Assembly (NCBI GenBank): GCA_050015455.1
Contig: JBEKBJ010000007.1
Location: forward strand, 11,876 to 75,875
Direction of reading: 5' to 3'
Length of the DNA stretch: 64,000 nt
Source: Candidatus Binatia bacterium
GTDB taxonomy: Bacteria > Desulfobacterota > Binatia > HRBIN30
A program made the position numbers and the translations under genes. Positions 29,222-39,007 of this stretch are shown here, piece after piece. The notes beneath the pieces were generated by a model. That model made no database searches. It had not been told where the DNA came from and saw only the letters and a list, made by a program, of their open reading frames with translations. The number at the start of each line of letters is the position of its first letter. Position 1 is the stretch's first letter.

Positions 29222-29943
29222 CAGCCGACGAGAAACTGAAGGAGTACCGCAAGAAGCGGCGCTTCTCGGTCACCCCCGAGCCCGGTGGTGAACGGCCGCC
29301 ACGCGGGCGACCGGCCAAACGCCTGTCGTTCGTGGTTCACAAGCACCGCGCCTCACATCTGCACTATGATCTGCGCTTGGAGTGGAACGGCGTCCTGCTC
29401 TCCTGGGCGGTACCGAAAGGCCCATCGCTGGATCCGTCGGTCAAGCGCCTGGCGATGGCGGTAGAGGACCACCCGATCGATTACGCTCGTTTCGAGGGCG
29501 TCATCCCCGAGGGCGAGTACGGCGGCGGTACGGTCATGATCTGGGACAAAGGTACCTATGTCCCCGAAGAGCCGGACGTTGGCAAGAGCGTCGAAAGAGG
29601 ACAGCTGAAGTTCACGTTCTACGGCAAGAAGCTGAAGGGCAGCTGGGTCCTGGTGCGCACCGGCAGCCGGTACGCCGCGGATCGCGGCAACCGTAGCTGG
29701 CTGCTGATCAAGCATCGCGACGCCTTCGCCTCGACGCGCGACGTCACCGCAGAGGAACCGCGTTCAGTGAAGTCGCACCGCTTGCTCGCCGAGATCGCGC
29801 TCGACGAAGGCGGTGACGTCATCAAGGCCGCCGAAGGGGATCCGCCTGAAGCGCCGCGCGTCCTACTCGACAAGAACCCGAAGCTGGTATCCTGCCGCCG
29901 TGGCCGCAAGGCAGCGCTGTGGTCGTCGAAGGGAGGATCGTAG
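29218..29943 (+). CDS. Stand-alone LigD 3'-phosphoesterase (PE) domain protein
   Basis: YRKKRRFSVTPEP, HRASHLHYDLRLE, SWAVPKGPSLDP, VEDHP, YGGGTVMIWD. Confidence 0.9.
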   Translation: MTADEKLKEYRKKRRFSVTPEPGGERPPRGRPAKRLSFVVHKHRASHLHYDLRLEWNGVLLSWAVPKGPSLDPSVKRLAMAVEDHPIDYARFEGVIPEGEYGGGTVMIWDKGTYVPEEPDVGKSVERGQLKFTFYGKKLKGSWVLVRTGSRYAADRGNRSWLLIKHRDAFASTRDVTAEEPRSVKSHRLLAEIALDEGGDVIKAAEGDPPEAPRVLLDKNPKLVSCRRGRKAALWSSKGGS

Positions 29944-30013
29944 GCCCCTCCATGCGGACTGGGGTCGAGGAGTTGACCGTCCACGGGTAGTTTCCTTGCG
30001 CTGGCGGGTCACG

Positions 30014-30043
30014 TTGACTCGTGAGAGCTGTGCCAGGTATGAT
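30014..30043 (+). promoter_or_regulatory. Putative sigma70 promoter of rnj-ftsK-lolA-yajQ
   Basis: TTGACT-18 nt-TATGAT. Confidence 0.55.
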
Positions 30044-30139
30044 CAAGGCTGTGGGCGCGGTTTGGGAGGTTGAGGTGGGTGCATGTCTGATCGCGATAGC
30101 CTTCCCACCAACGGTCGCATCGCGAGCTAGAGCATTGTC

Positions 30140-31813
30140 ATGTCCGTAACGAACGGCAGCGGCCTGCTCCGCGTGATCCCATTGGGCGGGGCGGGCGAGA
30201 TCGGCCTGAACTGCCTGCTGCTCGAGTACGGGGACGCGGCCATCGCGATCGACTGCGGCCTGATGTTTCCCGAGCTGCACATGCTCGGCATCGATCTGGT
30301 GATTCCCGACTTGGGCTACCTGCAACGCCTGGGCGACCGCTTTCTCGGGTTCGTCATCACCCACGGCCACGAAGACCACATCGGCGCGTTGCCCTACGTG
30401 CTGCGCGATCTGCGCGCGCCGGTGTACGCCCCGCCGATGGCCGCCGGCCTGATCGCGGAAAAGCTGCGTGAACACAACCTGACCGACGCGGTTCAGCTCG
30501 AGACCTTTCAGCCACGCCGGGCGTGGTCCATGGGACCGTTTGCGATCGAGCCCATCCATATGACGCACTCGATCGTGGACGCGGTCGCCCTGGCCATCAC
30601 CTCACCACTTGGGACCATCATTCACAGCGGCGATTTCAAGCTCGATCAGACGCCGATCGACGGCACGCCGTCCGACCTGCAATGCCTGGCCGAGTACGCG
30701 GCGCGTGGGGTGCTGCTGCTACTCTCGGACTCGACCAACGCCGAACGTGAGGGCTTCACCCCCTCCGAGCGATCGGTGTACAGGGATCTCGATCGGATCT
30801 TCAGTAGCAGCCCGGGCAAGATATTCTTTTCGACCTTCTCGTCGCACGTGCACCGCTTGGCGCAGGTGTTCGAGCTGTCGCAGCACCATGGCCGCCGCGT
30901 GGCGATCGTTGGTCGGAGCCTGAACACCAGCATCAAGATCGCCTCTCAGCTCGGCTATCTGCGCTTCCCCCTTTCGTTGTTCGCCAACCCCGATGAGGTG
31001 GATCGACTGCAGCCGCACCAAGTCACGCTGCTGACCGCCGGCAGCCAAGGTGAGCCGCTTTCCGCGCTGATCCGCATCGCTGTTGGCGACCACTCGCAGG
31101 TGCACATGAATCCGGACGATGTGGTGATCCTCTCGTCTCGCATCATCCCAGGCAACGAACGATCCATCAGCAGCATGATCAACCACATGTACCGGCGCGG
31201 CGCCAACGTGTTTCACGCCGGGAGCGATGCGGTGCACGTCTCCGGCCACGCCAGCCAAGAGGAACTCAAGCTGCTGTTGCGCCTGGTGCGGCCGCGGTAC
31301 TTCGTGCCGCTACACGGCGAGTACCGCCATCTCGTCCGGCATCGCGCTTTGGCGCACTCCGTTGGCATGACAGCAGAGAACACATTTCTGTTGGAAGACG
31401 GCCAGGTGCTCGATATCGACCCGAGCGGCGCGCGTCGGAGCGCACCCATCCAGGCCGGGCGCGTGTTCGTCGACGGCAAGAGCATCGGCGATGTGGAGGA
31501 CGTCGTCCTGCGCGATCGGCGCCACCTCTCTGCCGATGGTCTGGTCGTGGCTATTCTCGGCATTGACCAGCAAGACGGGCACGTCATCGCCGGGCCTGAC
31601 CTGGTGTCGCGCGGTTTCATGCTCGAACAGCAAGGGCAGGCGTATCTGGAGCAGGCCAAGGGCGTGGTCATGGAAACGCTCGAGCAGATCACGGCGGAGT
31701 CACGGACCGATTCACTGGAAGTGAAGGAAGAGGTGCGGAAGGCGCTCAAGCGGTTTTTCGCGCGGACGTTGGAGCGCCGCCCGGTCATTGTGCCTTTTGT
31801 GATGGAGATGTGA
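30140..31813 (+). CDS. rnj: Ribonuclease J
   Basis: PLGGAGEIG, THGHEDHIG, SDSTNAE, GSQGEP, HVSGHAS, PLHGEYRH. Confidence 0.96.
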   Translation: MSVTNGSGLLRVIPLGGAGEIGLNCLLLEYGDAAIAIDCGLMFPELHMLGIDLVIPDLGYLQRLGDRFLGFVITHGHEDHIGALPYVLRDLRAPVYAPPMAAGLIAEKLREHNLTDAVQLETFQPRRAWSMGPFAIEPIHMTHSIVDAVALAITSPLGTIIHSGDFKLDQTPIDGTPSDLQCLAEYAARGVLLLLSDSTNAEREGFTPSERSVYRDLDRIFSSSPGKIFFSTFSSHVHRLAQVFELSQHHGRRVAIVGRSLNTSIKIASQLGYLRFPLSLFANPDEVDRLQPHQVTLLTAGSQGEPLSALIRIAVGDHSQVHMNPDDVVILSSRIIPGNERSISSMINHMYRRGANVFHAGSDAVHVSGHASQEELKLLLRLVRPRYFVPLHGEYRHLVRHRALAHSVGMTAENTFLLEDGQVLDIDPSGARRSAPIQAGRVFVDGKSIGDVEDVVLRDRRHLSADGLVVAILGIDQQDGHVIAGPDLVSRGFMLEQQGQAYLEQAKGVVMETLEQITAESRTDSLEVKEEVRKALKRFFARTLERRPVIVPFVMEM

Positions 31814-31832
31814 GGAGGAGCGTAGTCGAGCG

Positions 31833-34019
31833 GTGGCCAAAGCAACGGACGAGCAGGAGACCAGCCAAATCCTGAACGAAGTCGCGGGCGTGCTGACGCT
31901 GGCCACGGCGTTGTTCGCCCTGGTCAGCTTCATGTCGTTTCAGCATGGGGAGCCGAAGGTGGACCTCGGCGGCCCGGTAGGATACGGCCTGTCCAGCGTT
32001 CTCATGCAGGCATTGGGCTTGGCGGCCTACCTGCTGCCTCTGTTGCTCGGCATCGCCGGCGTTCGCTTGCTGCGCTCGCGATTAGCTGAGCTTTCAGGGG
32101 CGCGCGCCGGCGCCGCTCTGAGCTTGCTGCTCAGCGTGGCGGTGATGCTCGCCCTGTGCTTGCGCGAGCGCGCCGTGGTCCACGCCGGCGGGTGGTGTGG
32201 CGGCTTTCTCGCCAGCCTGCTGCGCGAAGCGTGCGGCACGCTGGGCGCGTACGTCGTCACCACCGTGGCGCTGTTACTCTCTGTCATGTTCACCACCCGT
32301 TCATCGCTGCGCGGCGGCACCAACGCCGTCGCGACCGGCGCCCGTGCGCGCTGGAGCCGCTGGCGAGCACGCCGCCGGCAGAGCGCTGCGGCACAGCAGC
32401 CCGTGAACCGCAAACGCCCGCCGGCAGCGGCGCAGGACGGGCCGGTGATCGTGTTGGGTGAAGAGGTGGCGCTGGCGGTAGACAAGCCGGCGGCGCTCCG
32501 CGCAACCCAGCAACTGCTCCCATTTGCCGATGCCGGGTATCAGACCCCGTCGCTGAGTCTCTTGGATACGCCGCGCCATCATGTCGTGCGCGTCGACGAA
32601 GACAGTTTGCGCAAGAGCTCGGAGATCTTGGAAGCCAAACTGGCCAACTTCGACATTGAAGGCAAGGTGGTGGCGGTGCGGCCGGGGCCGGTGATAACCA
32701 CGTTCGAAATCGAGCCCGCCCCCGGCGTGAAGGTCAACCGGATCGTCACCTTGCAGGACGACCTGGCCATGGCGTTGCGCGCCGTGGGCGTCCGCATCCT
32801 TGCCCCGGTCCCGGGCAAAGCGGTGGTCGGGATCGAGGTGGCCAATGCCAAGCGCGAGAGTGTCTACCTCAGGGAAATTCTCGAAAGCGAGCCGTTTCTG
32901 CAGGCGCAGTCGACGCTGACGCTGGCGCTCGGCAAGGACAGCGTCGGCAATCCGGTGGTCGCGGATCTGGCGCGCATGCCCCATTTGTTGCTGGCTGGGG
33001 CCACCGGCACCGGCAAGTCGGTTTCCATCAACGCCATGATCATGAGCATTCTCTTCAAATCGTCCCCGCGCGACGTACGCTTCGTCATGATCGATCTGAA
33101 AATGCTCGAATTGTCACTATATGAGGATCTTCCTCACCTTTTAGTTCCGGTCGTCACTGACGCAAAGAAAACCGTCCTCGTCCTCAAGCACCTGGTGAAT
33201 GAGATGGACGAACGCTACCAGCTGCTCAAGGACATGGGCGTGCGCCACATCGACGGCTACAACCGATTGGTGGAGCGCGACGAAGACGACCGTCAGGCCG
33301 GTGTCATCGAGCTCACGGACCCCGTTGGCGAGGCGGCGCCGTTCGAGCCGCTGCGGCGGGCGCATGCGCGTTTGCCGAAGATCATCATCATCATCGACGA
33401 GCTGGCGGACCTGATGATGACGTTGGGCCGCGACGTGGAGGAATCCATCACGCGCCTGGCACAGAAGGCCCGCGCCGCCGGCATTCACCTCATCCTCGCC
33501 ACCCAACGACCGTCGGTGGACGTGGTGACCGGTCTCATCAAGGCTAATTTCCCGGCCCGCATCTCTTTCCAGATGACGGCGCGGGTGGACTCGCGCACCA
33601 TCCTTGACTGCATCGGCGCCGAGCGCTTGCTGGGCGGCGGCGACATGCTGTTCCTGCCGCCGGGCACGGCGCGGGTGCAGCGGCTGCACGGCGCCTTCGT
33701 TTCCGAAGCCGAGATCCGCCGCGTCTGCGAGTTCGCCAAGCAGCAGGCGCAGCCGCAGTACGCGCTCGATCTGCTCGAAGAGGATGAGGAGGATGAGGCC
33801 GCAGCCGAGGATGACGGCTATGAGGATGTGATGTACGATCAAGCCGTGCGCCTAGTGACCGAAACTCGTCAAGCATCGATCTCGTGGGTGCAGCGGCGCT
33901 TGCGCGTCGGGTATAACCGCGCCGCCAGGATGATCGAGCGCATGGAACGCGAAGGCGTCGTGAGCACCAGTGAAAACGGACGCCCACGAGAGGTTCTGGC
34001 GCAACGAATCGAGGAGTGA
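31833..34019 (+). CDS. ftsK: DNA translocase FtsK
   Basis: N-terminal TMs, MPHLLLAGATGTGKS, IDELADLM, ATQRPSVDV, gamma domain QRRLRVGYNRAAR. Confidence 0.96.
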   Translation: MAKATDEQETSQILNEVAGVLTLATALFALVSFMSFQHGEPKVDLGGPVGYGLSSVLMQALGLAAYLLPLLLGIAGVRLLRSRLAELSGARAGAALSLLLSVAVMLALCLRERAVVHAGGWCGGFLASLLREACGTLGAYVVTTVALLLSVMFTTRSSLRGGTNAVATGARARWSRWRARRRQSAAAQQPVNRKRPPAAAQDGPVIVLGEEVALAVDKPAALRATQQLLPFADAGYQTPSLSLLDTPRHHVVRVDEDSLRKSSEILEAKLANFDIEGKVVAVRPGPVITTFEIEPAPGVKVNRIVTLQDDLAMALRAVGVRILAPVPGKAVVGIEVANAKRESVYLREILESEPFLQAQSTLTLALGKDSVGNPVVADLARMPHLLLAGATGTGKSVSINAMIMSILFKSSPRDVRFVMIDLKMLELSLYEDLPHLLVPVVTDAKKTVLVLKHLVNEMDERYQLLKDMGVRHIDGYNRLVERDEDDRQAGVIELTDPVGEAAPFEPLRRAHARLPKIIIIIDELADLMMTLGRDVEESITRLAQKARAAGIHLILATQRPSVDVVTGLIKANFPARISFQMTARVDSRTILDCIGAERLLGGGDMLFLPPGTARVQRLHGAFVSEAEIRRVCEFAKQQAQPQYALDLLEEDEEDEAAAEDDGYEDVMYDQAVRLVTETRQASISWVQRRLRVGYNRAARMIERMEREGVVSTSENGRPREVLAQRIEE

Positions 34020-34678
34020 TGACAGCACGAGCTCTCCGGGTTTGCCTCCTTGCCGGCATGCTCGTCGCGGCTGAGCGCCGTGGCGTGGAGGTTCAGAAGA
34101 TCGTTCAAAAAGTGCAGGAGCGCTACGACAGCACGCGCGACTTTACCGCCCAGGTGACGCAGGAAATGACGATCGCCAGCCTCGGCAAGACGACCGCAGC
34201 GCAAGGGACGGTCGCCTTCAAGAAGCCCGGCAAGATGCGCTGGGAACTGGATCACGACACGCCCCAGGTGATCGTCGCCGACGGCAGTACCCTCTGGCTC
34301 TATCAGCCCAAGGAACACCAGGTGATCAAAGCGCCGTTCGACGACGCCTTTCGGTCCACCACCCCGATCTCGTTCCTCACCGGTGTCGGCAACATCGCCC
34401 AGGATTTTAACGTGAGTCTAGAGGGCGCCAGCGCCGATGGCGGGCTGGTCTACCTGATGCTGGTGCCGCGCCGCGACAGTGCTACCCTCGGCAAGCTCCG
34501 CCTGACGGTAGCAAGCGACAGCGGTGAAATCCGTGGCGCGGAGATTTTCGATCCGCTCGGCAACGTCAGCCGGCTGCGGTTCTCGGACATCCGGCGCAAT
34601 CAGAACCTGCCGGACAAAGATTTCGTCTTCGAGGTGCCGCCGGGCGTCGATGTGATCACTCCACCCATCGCCCGGTGA
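34016..34678 (+). CDS. lolA: Outer-membrane lipoprotein carrier LolA
   Basis: [32 protein letters not shown]; follows ftsK. Confidence 0.88.
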   Translation: MMTARALRVCLLAGMLVAAERRGVEVQKIVQKVQERYDSTRDFTAQVTQEMTIASLGKTTAAQGTVAFKKPGKMRWELDHDTPQVIVADGSTLWLYQPKEHQVIKAPFDDAFRSTTPISFLTGVGNIAQDFNVSLEGASADGGLVYLMLVPRRDSATLGKLRLTVASDSGEIRGAEIFDPLGNVSRLRFSDIRRNQNLPDKDFVFEVPPGVDVITPPIAR

Positions 34679-34688
34679 GAGCGCATCC

Positions 34689-35174
34689 ATGCCGTCATTC
34701 GACGTCGTCTCGCAGGTGGACCGCCAGGAGGTCGACAACGCCGTCAATCAGACGCGCAAAGAGATCGGCCAGCGCTATGACTTCAAAGGCACCAAGACGG
34801 AGATTGCCTTGGAGGATGACAGCATCCAGATCGTCTCGGATGACGATTTCAAAGTGAAAGCTACAGTTGACATCCTGCAATCAAAGCTCGTACGCCGCGG
34901 CATCTCCTTGAAGGCGCTGGTGTACGGCAAGATCGAGCCGGCGGCGGGCGGCCGGGCGAAACAGACGATCACCGTGCAACAAGGTATCGCCATCGAGAAA
35001 GCGCGGCAGATCGTAAAGCTCGTCAAGGACAAGAAACTGAAAGTGCAGAGCCAGATCCAGGGCGACCAGGTGCGTGTGAGCGGCAAGAAACGCGACGATT
35101 TGCAGGCGGCGATTCAACTGCTCAAGGCGCAGGACCTCGACCTGCCATTGCAGTTCATCAACTATCGCGAATGA
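34689..35174 (+). CDS. yajQ: YajQ nucleotide/c-di-GMP-binding protein
   Basis: [39 protein letters not shown]. Confidence 0.96.
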   Translation: MPSFDVVSQVDRQEVDNAVNQTRKEIGQRYDFKGTKTEIALEDDSIQIVSDDDFKVKATVDILQSKLVRRGISLKALVYGKIEPAAGGRAKQTITVQQGIAIEKARQIVKLVKDKKLKVQSQIQGDQVRVSGKKRDDLQAAIQLLKAQDLDLPLQFINYRE

Positions 35175-35214
35175 GCGCGCTGCGCCTACCGCGTCGGCAG
35201 CGGCGCTGGGGAGC

Positions 35215-35673
35215 TCAGGCGACCTCGGCTTCCTGAGGGCGGCCAGGCTGCGCGGAGAAGACGCTCCATCGGTTGCGGTACACCGCGTAGCGCCCGCGGT
35301 ACGGTTTGCCGGCGCCGTGTAAGCTGAAGGTCGGCCCGCTGACGGCGGATGCCGGAATGACGAAGATCTCATCGGCGGCGCGCCGGTTCTTGGCGATGCA
35401 GACGAAGACGTCGCAGTAACGGCGTTCCCACCGGCCGTGACGATGGAAGTTGAAGTTCCAGCTGCTGTAGTCGTAGGCGTAGCGTCTCCCGTTGACCGTC
35501 ACGGTGTGGGCATAGCGCCCCGGAAACGCCACGCGCAACGCGACGCGCTGGTGGCCGTTGACGAGCAGGTCGTATTTCCCATCACGAGCGGGCTCGCGCA
35601 CGTGGAAGCCCATCCGGCGCAGACGGCCGGCGATGGCGGCTCTAGCCGTTTGATGTTTATGGTGACGATTCAT
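35215..35673 (-). CDS. Hypothetical protein with PD-(D/E)xK-like fold
   Basis: Helix-LRRMGFHV-YDLLV-RVALRVA...CDVFVCI...IFVIP pattern; catalytic residues look degenerate. Confidence 0.5.
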   Translation of the reverse strand: MNRHHKHQTARAAIAGRLRRMGFHVREPARDGKYDLLVNGHQRVALRVAFPGRYAHTVTVNGRRYAYDYSSWNFNFHRHGRWERRYCDVFVCIAKNRRAADEIFVIPASAVSGPTFSLHGAGKPYRGRYAVYRNRWSVFSAQPGRPQEAEVA

Positions 35674-35831
35674 GTAAAGCAATGCCCTGAACAGATGCGA
35701 CGGCGGCCGGCAGCCTTCCCTTCACATCGTTCCCCAAGATTTCTTGCAACCTCACAACCGGGATCAGGAGCTAGAAGCACGATAGCTTCGGCCCCGTGGT
35801 ATCGCAAGAAAAAATTGGGCCGCGCCCAGCC

Positions 35832-36632
35832 TCACTCCGGCGGGCTGCTTCCGTTGGTCGGCAGTTCGGTTTCCGGCAAGCGGGCAGCGACGAATATCGT
35901 CCCATTGCTGTCGTAGGGACCTTGCCAGCCGCTGCGGTGACAGGGCGGGATCGGTTCGTCCACAAAGAATTCGTGCTCGGCCGCCGTGAGGGCGCGGTAG
36001 CGGGGCTGCCACGGTCCGTCCACGGCCTCGACCTCCGTGCCGACGTCGGTGATCCACGGACCTTCGACTTGCCATTGGCGCGAATGCGCATGAAAGGCCC
36101 ACGGCCGCGCATCATACGTCGCTTGTCGCTGCAGCCCGTCGGCAGTCCGCACCGTACGTTTATGCCGGAGCCTGACTTCACGGACGCGGTAAGACCAACA
36201 ATATGTGCTACTGTAGTCACCGTGAGGCTCGTTCTCCGGAGCCAAGGCGGCGCTATTCCAAGCAAATTCCTGCTTCCTGAGCTCCAATTCGGCTGGTGGC
36301 AAGGGCAGCTGCTCCAGTTCCGTTCGCACCGCCTCGGCCTGGTGTGGGTCGGTGGTCAGGGCCCGCCGCAGCTCCGTGACCGCAAGGTTCAGGCGTCCGG
36401 CCTTGGCCGCGAGCTGGGCGAGGTGGAGGTGGCGCTCGGCTTCAGCGGCCGAAGAGCGTGCGCCTTCGGGCGCTTCCTCGGACGCATGGTCGATCAGCCA
36501 ACGCTCCTCCGCGATTGCCAGAGAATAGTGCGCCTCGGCCTCATCTTTGGCGAGGCTGGACTCATGGCGCTCCCAGGCCGACGGTGCACAGGCAGCCGCC
36601 GCGAGCAAGGGTAACAACCACCACCGACGCAT
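35832..36632 (-). CDS. Putative lipoprotein with TPR-like helices
   Basis: MRRWWLLPLLAAAAC lipobox-like signal; AVTELRRALTTDP TPR-like segment. Confidence 0.6.
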   Translation of the reverse strand: MRRWWLLPLLAAAACAPSAWERHESSLAKDEAEAHYSLAIAEERWLIDHASEEAPEGARSSAAEAERHLHLAQLAAKAGRLNLAVTELRRALTTDPHQAEAVRTELEQLPLPPAELELRKQEFAWNSAALAPENEPHGDYSSTYCWSYRVREVRLRHKRTVRTADGLQRQATYDARPWAFHAHSRQWQVEGPWITDVGTEVEAVDGPWQPRYRALTAAEHEFFVDEPIPPCHRSGWQGPYDSNGTIFVAARLPETELPTNGSSPPE

Positions 36633-37001
36633 CGCTCGCCGCAGTATGCAGCATTGGGCGCGCAGTCGGCAAGTCATCGATATCTGCCTAGCCACGTCTC
36701 CTCCCATGTTCGCTTGATCTGCGGCAGGCTCACGCCGAAATGGATTGCCATTGATCTGACTTCCGTCTGAATTTCTGCCGGCGCCTGAGTATGAGTGGGA
36801 GCCGGCGATAGTCAAGGCGCGCAGTCATCGCCGGCGCATCCTCGCAAAGCGCCGGCCGGAACGCTGGTTGAAGACTGCGCTTTCAGCTGGTGCGCGCTGA
36901 GTGAGATCGCCCGCCTCGGAGCCGAAGGTGTCCGCCATGCTATCCAACGGCACGTTGCATTGGACGTTGCCTTAAGGGATACCTTAGCATAGCATTTAGT
37001 C

Positions 37002-37667
37002 ATGAAAGCTATAGGGGCCATTGTCGTCAGCGTGACCGTCTCCACATTGGTTGCCACGGCTGCCCGTGCTGACATTCTCGAATGGCAGGATGCGGAAGGT
37101 GTCCTGCACTACACGAATCTGAAGGACGAGGTGCCGCCGGAGCAGCAGTCACGGGTCGTCGTTGACGAGCGCGCAAGGCAGCCGCAGGCCCCAGCTGCGG
37201 AAGAGAAGCCGCAGGCGTCAGCTGGAGAGCAAGCCGAGTCACGCCGCGACACGGCGGAGGCAGACGACCGTGCACAGGCGGCGCACGCATATATCGAGGG
37301 TTTGGAAAACGGGCTGGAACTGGCGCGCAGCGTCAACACCGGCGGCAGCGCATACGTCAGCGGGCCGTTGGTGGTTACGATCTCCGGTTCGACGCCCTCC
37401 GAGGTGTATTCGCCGCCATGGTATTCGGGGTATTACCCGTTCCTCCCCGGGTACTACTCCTCATTGTGGGGATACTCCCCGTTCGTATCGGGATATTATC
37501 CATTGGTAACGACGGCCGTCGGACGGCACCGATTCCATCGACACGACAAGGAGATCGCGCAGGTGGAGCGGCCAGTATTTCCGTTTACTCCTCCAGCAGG
37601 CCCCCCGCCGTTGGGGCTACCCGTGGGACCGGTTCTGCGTGGGGTTTCAGGAGGCACGTGGCGGTGA
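37002..37667 (+). CDS. Secreted DUF4124-domain protein with GYYP-type repeats
   Basis: Signal peptide then ADILEWQDAEGVLHYTN; TTGCCT-17-TAGCAT upstream (36967-36995). Confidence 0.75.
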   Translation: MKAIGAIVVSVTVSTLVATAARADILEWQDAEGVLHYTNLKDEVPPEQQSRVVVDERARQPQAPAAEEKPQASAGEQAESRRDTAEADDRAQAAHAYIEGLENGLELARSVNTGGSAYVSGPLVVTISGSTPSEVYSPPWYSGYYPFLPGYYSSLWGYSPFVSGYYPLVTTAVGRHRFHRHDKEIAQVERPVFPFTPPAGPPPLGLPVGPVLRGVSGGTWR

Positions 37668-37764
37668 AGCGCGCCGCCAAAGCCGGCCGGACGTGCCGCG
37701 CAGCAGTTATGTGAGATTCACCTGCTGTGATTTGTGAGTGGCCGCGCCCGCGGGACCGTAACGA

Positions 37765-38863
37765 TCACGCCGCCTGTGCTTGCAGGTAAGCTTCGATGAA
37801 GCGGTCGATGTCGCCGTCGAGCACCGCGTCGGCGTTGCCGATCTCGACCCCGGTGCGATGGTCTTTGACCATGCGGTAGGGGTGCAGGACGTACGAGCGG
37901 ATCTGGCTCCCCCACGCGATGTCCTTCTTGGTCTTGTTCAGCTCCGCCATCTTCTCGCGCTGTTTCTCTTTCTCCAGCTCGTAGACGCGAGCGCGCAAGA
38001 TCTTCATTGCCATCGACTTGTTCTTGTGCTGCGAGCGTTCGTTCTGGCAGGCGACGACGATGCCGGTGGGGAGGTGCGTCAGGCGGACCGCCGAATCCGT
38101 CTTGTTCACGTGCTGGCCGCCCGCGCCGCTCGACCGATAGGTGTCGACGCGCAAATCAGCCTCATTGATCTCCACCTCCACATCTTCCTCGATCTCGGGA
38201 TAGACGAACGCCGAGGCGAATGAGGTGTGGCGGCGGGCGTTGGCGTCGAACGGCGAGATGCGCACCAAACGATGGATCCCGGCTTCAGCGTGGAGATAGC
38301 CGTAGGCGTAAGGTCCCTCCACCGTGATGGTGGCGCTTTTGATGCCGGCGCCCTCACCGGGCTGGACATCGATCAGGGCGGTCTTGAAGCCGTGGCGCTC
38401 GGCCCAGCGCAGGTACATGCGCAGCAGCATTTCGGCCCAATCCTGTGCCTCGGTGCCGCCGGCGCCGGGGTGCAGGGTCACGATCGCGTTGCCGGCGTCG
38501 TGCTCGCCGCCGAGCTTGCGATGCAGCTCTAGCCGATCGAGTGCTTCCTCCACCTCGTTCAGCTTGGCCCGGGCCTCCGCTTCTGCGTCGGGGTCGCCCT
38601 CGGCCGCCAGCTCGGCGAATACCTTGATGTCTTCGAGGCCTTCGAGCTGCTTGCGCCACGCCGCAACGGGCTCCGAGAGCCCTGAGCGCTGCTTCAGAAT
38701 GCTTTGGGCTTTCTCGGCGTCGTTCCAGAAGTCCGGGGCGGCGGCGCGCTCGTCGAGATCGGCTATGCGGGCTTCGCGCTCGGCAACGTCAAAGATGCCT
38801 CCCGAAACGGTCGAGGCGTTCCTCAAGGGAGGCGATGCGGTCTTTCAAAAGGAGGTCTTCCAT
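37765..38863 (-). CDS. prfB: Peptide chain release factor 2, translated via programmed +1 frameshift
   Basis: ATG at 38863 gives 24 codons (MEDLLLKD...FGRHL) ending GGGAGG-CAT-CTT-TGA-C; the +1 frame continues to SPF and GGQ motifs. Confidence 0.97.
38788..38803 (-). promoter_or_regulatory. RF2 autoregulatory frameshift site
   Basis: Internal SD GGGAGG, 3 nt, then CTTTGAC. Confidence 0.95.
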
Positions 38864-39007
38864 GTGGTCTCCCACTTAAACTTAACGGCGCCCGCAAGAA
38901 ACGCAAGCTACGGAAGGGTACGCTCGCTCCCGTGGAATCTCACAGTGCTGACACTGGCGGGATTGATTCCCGGTGGTGGCGCCGGTATCAAGAAGTTCTT
39001 GGGTATC

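Noticed and set aside
38788-38863. Broken prfB as a pseudogene or novelty
   Set aside because: It is the well-known programmed +1 frameshift (SD + CTT TGA C).
38324-39007. N-terminal 228 aa of the 987-aa ORF
   Set aside because: Antisense shadow of prfB; the real gene most likely starts near 39008 with a signal sequence.
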